Source: a bacterium | Lineage (GTDB): Bacteria > Patescibacteriota > Patescibacteriia > JAZDGP01 | Direction of reading: 5' to 3' | Assembly: GCA_043806935.1 (NCBI GenBank) | Contig: JAZDGP010000016.1 | Location: 1-45,927 of the forward strand | DNA length: 45,927 nucleotides | Program-made: the position numbers and the translations under genes | Part shown: positions 1-6,971 of the stretch, in pieces | How positions within the stretch are numbered: position 1 is the stretch's first letter | Layout of the letters: every line of letters starts with the position of its first letter | Notes under the pieces: generated by a model | The model's input: only the letters and a program-made list of their open reading frames with translations | The model's database searches: none | Told to the model about the DNA's origin: nothing

Positions 1-715
1 GTGCAATGATCATGGAAGGGCGGTTCTCAACTGTTTTAGCTTGACCGCAAGCGGCTATGATCTCGTTAAAATTATGCCCGTCTATCTCCTGCACGTGCCA
101 TCCCCAAGCTTTCCATTTATCCACCAATGGCTCTAAAGGCATAACGCTTTCCGTAGGGCCGTCTATTTGTATATTATTCCTGTCCATAATGGCAATTAAT
201 CTAAATAACTTCTCCTTAGACGCCAGCATCCCAGCTTCCCAAGTCTGTCCCTCGTCCATCTCTCCGTCACTGACCAGACAATAAGTCCATCTTTTTTTAT
301 TGTCCATCCTGTCTGCCAAAGCAAACCCGACTGCTTGGGATAATCCCTGCCCCAATGGACCGCCAGACGTTTCCACTCCCTGCAGTCCATGGTTATTAGA
401 GTGTCCCTGCAACCTGGAATTAATCTTCCGCAATGTATTTAACTCTTCTTTTGGGAAATAACCAACGTTCGCCAATGTAGCGTACAGCACTGGGCATATA
501 TGGGCGTTAGAAAGCACTACCCTATCCCTATCTTCCCACAACGGATCTTCCGGTTTGTGGTTAAGGATATTAAAATAAAGGGCAGTAAAGACATCTGCCA
601 TGCCTAAAGAACCAGCTGAATGGCCACTGCCAGCTGTTACTAACATCTGGATAATATCTTGCCGAATAGTATTAGCGACCAGCGCTAATTCTTGAGTATC
701 AATTAAACGTTTCAT
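1..715 (-). CDS. tkt: Transketolase N-terminal (thiamine-diphosphate-binding) subunit; 3' end cut by window edge
   Basis: Absent from the ORF track because it runs off the window. Minus-strand translation from ATG 715..713 gives MKRLIDTQELALVANTIRQDIIQMLVTAGSGHSAGSLGMADVFTALYF...GHSNNHGLQGVETSGGPLGQGLSQAVGFALA...LVSDGEMDEGQTWEAGMLA...MDRNNIQIDGPT. The GH..GSL, GPLGQG and DGxxxEG motifs match split transketolases. The frame stays open to position 2. Confidence 0.85.
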   Translation of the reverse strand, partial: MKRLIDTQELALVANTIRQDIIQMLVTAGSGHSAGSLGMADVFTALYFNILNHKPEDPLWEDRDRVVLSNAHICPVLYATLANVGYFPKEELNTLRKINSRLQGHSNNHGLQGVETSGGPLGQGLSQAVGFALADRMDNKKRWTYCLVSDGEMDEGQTWEAGMLASKEKLFRLIAIMDRNNIQIDGPTESVMPLEPLVDKWKAWGWHVQEIDGHNFNEIIAACGQAKTVENRPSMIIA

Positions 716-722
716 TAAAGGA

Positions 723-731
723 AGTATACCA
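723..731 (-). promoter_or_regulatory. Extended -10 element TGgTATACT, 7 nt upstream of the tkt ATG (leaderless-type promoter)
   Basis: The minus strand reads taaTGGTATACTtcctttaATG. There is no Shine-Dalgarno sequence between the box and the ATG. Confidence 0.35.
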
Positions 732-746
732 TTAAAAAAACAAGTT

Positions 747-769
747 AAAAAGGATAAGCGCGCTTACCC
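747..769 (-). terminator. Rho-independent terminator after rpe
   Basis: The minus-strand RNA is GGGUAAG-CGCG-CUUAUCC followed by UUUUU. The stem includes a G.U pair that forms only on the minus strand. Confidence 0.45.
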
Positions 770-774
770 TTCTT

Positions 775-1419
775 TTACTCTGCCACTTTTTTTAAACTAG
801 CAAATGCTAATTTTGGCTCTGTTGCTCTTGCCAAATAACTTCCAACCACCAAGAAATCAGCTCCTGCTTTAACCAACGGCACAGCTGTTAAATCATTAAT
901 GCCTCCATCCACTCCGACTTTAACAGAAGGATATTTCTTTTTCACTTCCTTCACCTTTTCCGCAACTGTAGCATCATGTTCCTGTCCTTGCCTTCCTGGT
1001 TTGACAGCCAACAGCAACAAATAATCCACAAGTCCTTCCGTAAGATACCGATCCACTACTTCTATCCCAGTCTCCATGTTAATCGCCAACCCAGCTTCCT
1101 TTCCCATCTGCCTTATTTCCTTTAAAACATTCTCCAAATCATCCCCTGCTTCTGCCTGTACATACACTCGTTTCACCCTGCCAGCTGTCAGCCAATCATG
1201 TAAGACAGGCTCTGGATGGGAAACCATTAGATGGACTTCAAAGCTAACAGCGGTTTGCAACAATTTTAACTGCCCTGGATCATGGAAACTGACAGTTGGA
1301 ACAAACACTCCGTCACAGACATCCAGATGCACAACATGAGTAAAAGATTCCAGCTTGTTGATCTGCCTCTGTACATCTCCCAACTCACGCTCCAGCACTG
1401 CTGGAATAATCTTGGTCAT
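775..1419 (-). CDS. rpe: Ribulose-phosphate 3-epimerase
   Basis: 214 aa. It has HLDVCDGVFVP (the HxDxxDGxFVP type) and a C-terminal VGVDGGIN motif. It overlaps rpiB by 4 nt and sits next to tkt. Confidence 0.85.
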   Translation of the reverse strand: MTKIIPAVLERELGDVQRQINKLESFTHVVHLDVCDGVFVPTVSFHDPGQLKLLQTAVSFEVHLMVSHPEPVLHDWLTAGRVKRVYVQAEAGDDLENVLKEIRQMGKEAGLAINMETGIEVVDRYLTEGLVDYLLLLAVKPGRQGQEHDATVAEKVKEVKKKYPSVKVGVDGGINDLTAVPLVKAGADFLVVGSYLARATEPKLAFASLKKVAE

Positions 1420-1850
1420 AATTTATCTAACTGCCGTATCCTTCTGAAATGCCTACCTGCTTTAGAGAACTTTGTTTTTAACCATACTTCCACCAATCGT
1501 TCCGTTTCTTTTTTAGTCAATGACCAAGCTCCAAACACCAATACATTGCTGTCATTATCCTGTCGAGACAGTGACACTTGTTTAACAGACATCCCTTCCA
1601 CCGCTCTTACTCCTTTAATCCTATTAGCCGCTATAGCCATTCCAACCCCAGATCCGCATAAAAGAATTCCTCTTCCTTTTTCTTTCGCAACTGCCTTAGC
1701 TAACTTCCTAGCATAAATAGGATAATCGTCATCAGGAATAAGTTTATACGCTCCGTGGTCAACCACAACGTATCCACTGCTCTCCAGCCACGCTCTAATT
1801 CTCTCCTTAAGCTTAAACCCCGCATGGTCGCTGGCAATATGTATATTCAT
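1416..1850 (-). CDS. rpiB: Ribose-5-phosphate isomerase B (RpiB/LacAB family)
   Basis: 144 aa. The sequence MNIHIASDHAGFKLKERI...LLCGSGVGMAIAANR is typical of RpiB. Confidence 0.9.
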   Translation of the reverse strand: MNIHIASDHAGFKLKERIRAWLESSGYVVVDHGAYKLIPDDDYPIYARKLAKAVAKEKGRGILLCGSGVGMAIAANRIKGVRAVEGMSVKQVSLSRQDNDSNVLVFGAWSLTKKETERLVEVWLKTKFSKAGRHFRRIRQLDKL

Positions 1851-2609
1851 CTACTTGCTGTTTAAACGCTCTAAAATGCCCTGCACAAGCTGGTCAAAAA
1901 CATCCGGAGGTATAGCCCCCTCCACTTTCACTCCGTTAAAGAAGAATGTGGGCGTTCCCCTCACTCCAGCAGCTATTCCTTCAGACAAATCCTGGTCAAT
2001 CACAGCCTGGTAACTGTTGGCTGATAAACATTCTTCAAACTGTTTCTGGTTGAGTCCAACCGTGTTCGAGTGCCTCCGCAAAGCATCAAGCGACAAATCC
2101 TGCTGGTTAATGAACAGCAAATCATGATACTGCCAAAACTTCTCCTGCTCATGAGCGCACATTGACGCTTTAGCGGCATTCATGGCGTCAGGATGGATAT
2201 CAGAAACAGGGAAATGGCGGTACTGGAACCTAACCTTGTCCTTGTACCGTGATTCCATCTTCCGTACAGTCGGGAACACTTCCCTGCAGAATGGGCATTG
2301 GAAATCGCCAAACTCAATTATAGTTAATTTCGCATTATCCGGCCCAATGGTTGGGTCCTTGGGATTGAACAAATTAACAGTCACGAAAGGATTATCTCCA
2401 GTCTTATCAGCGATCTCCGTGCTAGCTGGAGTAAATGACTGGGAAATGGTTTCTAACGTAGTTGGACCATTTCCCACTCGGTACAAATAAGCATTACGGC
2501 CAACATACAAAATAAACAACAGGACAAACCCTCCTCCAAGCCAGAAGAGAATGCCCCACCAGCGAAGGTACCACGGATGCGGCTGGTATGAATAAGTGTC
2601 CATAATCAC
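1851..2609 (-). CDS. Membrane-anchored DsbA-family thiol:disulfide oxidoreductase
   Basis: 252 aa. It has an N-terminal TM helix (WWGILFWLGGGFVLLFILYV) and a thioredoxin-fold CPFC active site (FGDFQCPFCREVF). Confidence 0.8.
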   Translation of the reverse strand: MIMDTYSYQPHPWYLRWWGILFWLGGGFVLLFILYVGRNAYLYRVGNGPTTLETISQSFTPASTEIADKTGDNPFVTVNLFNPKDPTIGPDNAKLTIIEFGDFQCPFCREVFPTVRKMESRYKDKVRFQYRHFPVSDIHPDAMNAAKASMCAHEQEKFWQYHDLLFINQQDLSLDALRRHSNTVGLNQKQFEECLSANSYQAVIDQDLSEGIAAGVRGTPTFFFNGVKVEGAIPPDVFDQLVQGILERLNSK

Positions 2610-2630
2610 TCTTTAGTATAGCTGGTCAGG

Positions 2631-3356
2631 TCACAACTGCCAATTGACCATCCAGGGGAACAGCTGGATGAACGCTCCTGTTACTGTTCTCCACCAACCA
2701 GCCAGTAACAATACGCCAAGGATAACCAATACCCAACCAGCGATCTTTTGAATAACTGCCAATACACCGTCTACCTCACGCAATCGTACAAGTAGCTTGT
2801 CAGCAAACAAGCTAATAGCCATAAACGGGAGTATTAAGCCCAAGGTAAACACGACAAGCAATAATACTCCCTGCCCAACTGTTCCCTGCACTGACGCTAA
2901 GATCAAAATGGTGGCTAGCAAAGGCCCAATGCAAGGCGTCCATCCAAAACCAAACGTCACCCCCACCAAAAAAGAATTGAAGTAATGGAATCTGCCAGCC
3001 AACCCAGACAATGCCAGACGTTTCTCTCTGTACAACGAGCTATTTTTAAAAAACTCCAGCACGTGTAGACCAAACAATACAACAAAGACCCCGCCGATCT
3101 TCTCTAGCAGCAAACGATGTTTGGCTAATGTCTGCCCGATCACGCTCGCTCCAAGCCCAAGCAAGACAAACACTAAACCAAAACCAAGAGAAAATAACAA
3201 AGCGCTTAAGCCAAGTTTTTTATTTCCCTGCTGCCTGCTCCCCACTCCTGCTAAGTAACTCAAGTACGTTGGGATGACTGGCAGGACACAAGGAGAAAAG
3301 AAAGCCAGCACTCCCCCGATAAAAGCGACAAAGACGGAAATATCAACGGTGATCAT
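2631..3356 (-). CDS. ccdA: CcdA/DsbD-type transmembrane thiol-disulfide electron transporter
   Basis: 241 aa and polytopic. The two conserved intramembrane cysteines are present (FFSPCVLPVIP and GWTPCIGPLL). Confidence 0.8.
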   Translation of the reverse strand: MITVDISVFVAFIGGVLAFFSPCVLPVIPTYLSYLAGVGSRQQGNKKLGLSALLFSLGFGLVFVLLGLGASVIGQTLAKHRLLLEKIGGVFVVLFGLHVLEFFKNSSLYREKRLALSGLAGRFHYFNSFLVGVTFGFGWTPCIGPLLATILILASVQGTVGQGVLLLVVFTLGLILPFMAISLFADKLLVRLREVDGVLAVIQKIAGWVLVILGVLLLAGWWRTVTGAFIQLFPWMVNWQL

Positions 3357-4780
3357 CTAAAAAGACGCTCCAGATGGAAAGCCAAACAAAGCAATTTCTC
3401 TTCCTGCCATGGAGCGGCTTGGAGCTGCAAACCTACTGGTAATCGCTTTCCATTCTTCTCCGCCCAACCGCAATTCATGGATAGCCCAGGCAGTCCAGCT
3501 AAATTAGCTGGAACAGTAAAAATATCAGATAAATACATTGCCATGGGGTCATTTACCTTCTCTCCCAATTTCCAAGCCGCTACAGGGCTGGTAGGACCTG
3601 CGATAACGTCAACATCATGAAACGCTTTGGTAAAATCATCACTGACAAGACGCCTCATCTTTAACGCTTGTTTGTAATACGCGTCATAATAACCAGCAGA
3701 CAAAATGTATGTTCCCAACATGATCCGTCTTCTCACTTCAGCCCCAAATCCCTTCCCTCTTGTTTCTCTTATAACTGTTTCAAAATCATCTCCTTCTGTT
3801 CTCTCCCCATACCGCATGCCGTCATACTTGGCTAAGTTGGAAGACGTTTCCGCAGGTTGGATTAGATAGTACGTAGCTAAAGCCTGCGGAGAATGCGGCA
3901 ATGATATTTCTTTTACATTCACTCCCAATTCTTCCATCCGTTCTATTGCCTTTAGCACCTTCTCCTTCACCTCTTTTTCTATCCCTTCAGCCAAATATTC
4001 TCTTGGCAATCCCACTGTCATTCCCTTTACATCTGCGTCCAATCCAGCCAAATAGTCAGGTACAGCTTTAGCAACAGCTGTAGCGTCATGATGATCATCT
4101 CCAGCCATTGCCTGCAAGACAATAGCCGCGTCTTCCACAGTATTAGCAATTGGGCCAATCTGGTCTAAAGAGGAAGCTAAAGCGATTAAGCCGTAACGGC
4201 TGACTCTCCCATACGTTGGTTTTAATCCCACTACTCCGCACAAAGACGCTGGCTGCCTTATTGATCCCCCAGTATCTGTCCCCAGAGAGAACACTACCTC
4301 ACCGCTAGCCACTGACGCCGCCGACCCGCCGGATGATCCGCCAGGCACAAGGGAATGATCATTGGGATTGTGGACTGGGCCATAAGCGGAATTCTCATTG
4401 GAAGAACCCATTGCGAACTCGTCGCAATTGAGCTTGCCAACAGGAATCGCTCCCTGATCCAACAGCTTCTGTACAGCAGTAGCAGTGTAGGAACTGACGT
4501 GTTTATCTAAAATCTTAGAAGCGCAAGTTGCTCTATGCCCTTCATACTGTAAAACATCTTTAATGCCAAACGGTACACCTGACAATGGCAGCCATTTACT
4601 GTTCTTATCCTGTTGCTTAGCTATTGCCAACGCCTCTTCTCCCAATACCGTAATAAACGTGTTTATCTCCTTGTCTTTTTCTATCTTCTCCAATGACGCT
4701 TCCACCAGCTCCACGCAAGTGAATTCTTTATTCTTCAACCCTTCCTGTATTTTCCTAATCGTCAATTCTTTAAGATTCAT
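3353..4780 (-). CDS. gatA: Asp/Glu-tRNA amidotransferase subunit A
   Basis: 475 aa. It has the amidase signature GGSSGGSAASVA and overlaps gatC. Confidence 0.95.
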   Translation of the reverse strand: MNLKELTIRKIQEGLKNKEFTCVELVEASLEKIEKDKEINTFITVLGEEALAIAKQQDKNSKWLPLSGVPFGIKDVLQYEGHRATCASKILDKHVSSYTATAVQKLLDQGAIPVGKLNCDEFAMGSSNENSAYGPVHNPNDHSLVPGGSSGGSAASVASGEVVFSLGTDTGGSIRQPASLCGVVGLKPTYGRVSRYGLIALASSLDQIGPIANTVEDAAIVLQAMAGDDHHDATAVAKAVPDYLAGLDADVKGMTVGLPREYLAEGIEKEVKEKVLKAIERMEELGVNVKEISLPHSPQALATYYLIQPAETSSNLAKYDGMRYGERTEGDDFETVIRETRGKGFGAEVRRRIMLGTYILSAGYYDAYYKQALKMRRLVSDDFTKAFHDVDVIAGPTSPVAAWKLGEKVNDPMAMYLSDIFTVPANLAGLPGLSMNCGWAEKNGKRLPVGLQLQAAPWQEEKLLCLAFHLERLFR

Positions 4781-5060
4781 TCCTGACTGATGGCGTAATG
4801 ATTAACCCTGCTTCATGGCGAGGAGCTTGATCAGCTAGTTTCTCAGGTTCCAGCCATGGCTTTACTTCATCTTCTCTAAACAACTGGCTGTCTGTTATCT
4901 GGTAAAGTGGTTGTATGGCAGACAGGTCAAATTTAGACAGCTGTCCAACGTAGTCCAAGATGGACGACAGTTGTTCTTGGTACTCCTTAAGTTCATTAGC
5001 GGGCAGTTCCATTCTGGAAAGGTCCGTTAGCTTTTTTACTTGTTCTAAAGGGATTGGCAT
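4770..5060 (-). CDS. gatC: Asp/Glu-tRNA amidotransferase subunit C
   Basis: The track ORF runs 4770..5078. The start was moved to the ATG at 5060 (MPIPLEQVKKLTDLSRMEL...), which gives a typical 96-aa GatC. The extended -10 box sits inside the longer version. Confidence 0.85.
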   Translation of the reverse strand: MPIPLEQVKKLTDLSRMELPANELKEYQEQLSSILDYVGQLSKFDLSAIQPLYQITDSQLFREDEVKPWLEPEKLADQAPRHEAGLIITPSVRNES

Positions 5061-5066
5061 GAATGA

Positions 5067-5075
5067 ATTATAGCA
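5067..5075 (-). promoter_or_regulatory. Extended -10 element TGcTATAAT, 6 nt upstream of the gatC ATG (leaderless-type promoter)
   Basis: The minus strand reads gTGCTATAATtcattcATG. No Shine-Dalgarno sequence is present. Confidence 0.45.
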
Positions 5076-5086
5076 CACGCCAGCTC

Positions 5087-5115
5087 TTGCAATCTTAAAT
5101 AAAAAGCTAGATACT
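5087..5115 (+). promoter_or_regulatory. Sigma70-like promoter for the 84-aa ORF
   Basis: TTGCAA, a 17-nt spacer, then GATACT. It lies about 30 nt upstream of the ATG at 5145. Confidence 0.3.
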
Positions 5116-5128
5116 ATTAATATTAAAA
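5114..5128. repeat. 15-bp perfect direct repeat, copy 1 (ctattaatattaaaa)
   Basis: Identical to 5412..5426. The two copies bracket the orphan plus-strand ORF. Confidence 0.8.
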
Positions 5129-5144
5129 ACTAACCAATTTATTT

Positions 5145-5399
5145 ATGAGAATGGGAAAAGAGATCGGTGAAAAAATAATGCCCATACATGAAGGACGAGG
5201 CAGGAAAGGCATAAAAATTAAACCGAAAATGGACATTGAGCCAGAAGCCGCTTCCGTTGATTTTGAGGATGAAAGCAGACTACAAGCTAAAGATCCGTTA
5301 AAAAACTACGTTCCGATTGAAAATGTTCCTAGTGAAGATCTTGATCCCCTAGAACAATTAATACAAAAAGAAAAGAGGGAAATGAAAGGCAGGGACTAA
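5145..5399 (+). CDS. Hypothetical charged 84-aa protein
   Basis: It is the only plus-strand ORF in this neighbourhood. No motif was recognised. It has a promoter-like element upstream and a strong hairpin downstream. Confidence 0.35.
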   Translation: MRMGKEIGEKIMPIHEGRGRKGIKIKPKMDIEPEAASVDFEDESRLQAKDPLKNYVPIENVPSEDLDPLEQLIQKEKREMKGRD

Positions 5400-5411
5400 A
5401 AAAGTTAGGCG

Positions 5412-5426
5412 CTATTAATATTAAAA
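5412..5426. repeat. 15-bp perfect direct repeat, copy 2
   Basis: Identical to 5114..5128. Confidence 0.8.
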
Positions 5427-5455
5427 GGTCTCACACAAACGTTATGTGTGAGACC
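5427..5455. terminator. Bidirectional hairpin terminator between convergent genes
   Basis: ggtctcacaca-aacgtta-tgtgtgagacc, with an 11-bp perfect stem. It lies between the 5145..5399 (+) and 5476..6786 (-) genes. Confidence 0.6.
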
Positions 5456-5475
5456 CAACTGTTTCACTTTATTCA

Positions 5476-6786
5476 CTATTTCCCTAACTCCTTGAGCTCC
5501 TTGTAGGTTTCTAACAGGAGCTCGTCTGGAAGATCAGTGAGGTTGATATACAACTTGCCTTCGGCCAACTGGCGATTTTCCCAGTTGGAACAATGCCTTA
5601 GATAATCTCGTATATCTGGTATCTGTAGTCTAGCAAGTTCAAACAAAGGAGTGCCGGGGATAGGACACAGTATGTAAGGAGTGACAAGAATCCGATAATC
5701 TCGCACAAACCTTACGACAGCTTGTAAAGATTCCCGGGTTTCTCCTGGCAAACCTAGTAAGAAGAAGGCCGCGGGCCTAATTCCTGCTTCCAACGTCATG
5801 TTAACAGCATTCACGGCTTTGGCCGCAGTCGTACCTTTGTCAGCAAACGATAGCGCCTGATTTGAAAACGACTCTATCCCGAGATAAAGAACTTTGCAAC
5901 CTGCCTTTTTCATTCGCTTCAACTTCGATAGGTTAACTGCGTCAACTCGAGAATGTCCGGCCCATCTCAGCCCTAAACTACTGACTAAACCATAGATCTC
6001 CTCCTGCATTTCTGCGGACAAGAGTGTCAGATTGTCGTCTTGGAAACGGATTGCCGACGCACCGGCATCAGTCCACATTTTCATCTCTTGCCAAACTAAA
6101 TGTGTGGGCTTGCACCTAATTGCATGACCGAAGAATTGACCACAGAAACCGCAGTTCTTGAGTCTCGGACAACCTCGAGACACCATCATGTTATTTATGA
6201 TGCCACCAGACATACCGACGGCACGCAAATGTGATCTGTTAATGCCGGATATGTACCAAGAGAGATCGAATAACTTGAATGCGGGTAGAATGAAATCCTC
6301 GGGATTAAGGTACGACGTAGCTGAAACTATGCGCGGTTTGTCATCTCCAACAGCTGATCTTCCTTTAGAATTGATGAGGTGTTTATCCTGTAATAACTCA
6401 ACAACTGTTTTTTCTCCCTCACCTATCACGGCGATGTCAAAGTCCAAAAACTGTCGGATCAGCTCGGGAGCACATGTAACTAGCGGTCCCCCAAGCATCA
6501 GTTTGGCTTTTGGGTTCAACTCACGGAGATGGGGAATAATTACCTCGAGATCCGCGAACTGATTAATCATACCTGTAATGCCAAAAACATCGGCATCTTT
6601 ACAAACTTCTGGCGTTAACTGCTGTTGTGCACATATATCAACTACCTGTACTTCATGTCCAACATGTAACAATGCTGCTGCCACTGCGGCAAGACCCTCA
6701 GGAAAAAATCGTGTTTTCTCACCAGAGGTATTATCGGAGTCAATCGACAATGACGGATTCACTAGCACTACTTTCATTTCAGACAC
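5476..6786 (-). CDS. B12-binding-domain (class B) radical SAM protein with a non-canonical CX5CX2C motif
   Basis: 436 aa. The N-terminal Rossmann-like cobalamin-binding segment includes KVVLVNPS...VFGITG...GGP. The radical SAM core has SRGCPRLKNCGFCG. A strong SD (AAGGAGGTG) lies 6 nt upstream of the ATG. Confidence 0.8.
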   Translation of the reverse strand: MSEMKVVLVNPSLSIDSDNTSGEKTRFFPEGLAAVAAALLHVGHEVQVVDICAQQQLTPEVCKDADVFGITGMINQFADLEVIIPHLRELNPKAKLMLGGPLVTCAPELIRQFLDFDIAVIGEGEKTVVELLQDKHLINSKGRSAVGDDKPRIVSATSYLNPEDFILPAFKLFDLSWYISGINRSHLRAVGMSGGIINNMMVSRGCPRLKNCGFCGQFFGHAIRCKPTHLVWQEMKMWTDAGASAIRFQDDNLTLLSAEMQEEIYGLVSSLGLRWAGHSRVDAVNLSKLKRMKKAGCKVLYLGIESFSNQALSFADKGTTAAKAVNAVNMTLEAGIRPAAFFLLGLPGETRESLQAVVRFVRDYRILVTPYILCPIPGTPLFELARLQIPDIRDYLRHCSNWENRQLAEGKLYINLTDLPDELLLETYKELKELGK

Positions 6787-6941
6787 CTCCTTTTTATATT
6801 ATCTTAAAATGTGCAACCTTATTTATTGAATAACGTTTGATTCTAGTATAAATGTTATATGTTGTCCAGCCCAACAACAAAATAAAAATAATGTCCTCCA
6901 TGCACTTCTTTTAGTCGTGCGGGGTTCCCTGGCAAGGTAGT

Positions 6942-6966
6942 AAACAGCGAGAGTAACTCGCTGTTT
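6942..6966 (-). terminator. Hairpin downstream of fusA
   Basis: aaacagcgag-agtaa-ctcgctgttt, with a 10-bp perfect stem, 6 nt after the fusA stop. The U-tract lies partly inside the stem. Confidence 0.5.
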
Positions 6967-6971
6967 TTAAT

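Noticed and set aside
5145-5399. The 84-aa ORF as a RiPP precursor for the adjacent radical SAM enzyme
   Set aside because: It is convergent and separated from the enzyme gene by a strong bidirectional terminator. It is highly charged and lacks Cys-, Ser- or Thr-rich core-like segments.
6787-6941. 155-bp spacer upstream of the radical SAM gene as a possible sRNA or riboswitch
   Set aside because: It contains only a weak 5-6 bp hairpin (tgttgt..acaaca) and has no promoter-terminator pair of its own. It is adequately explained as promoter and SD region plus the fusA terminator.
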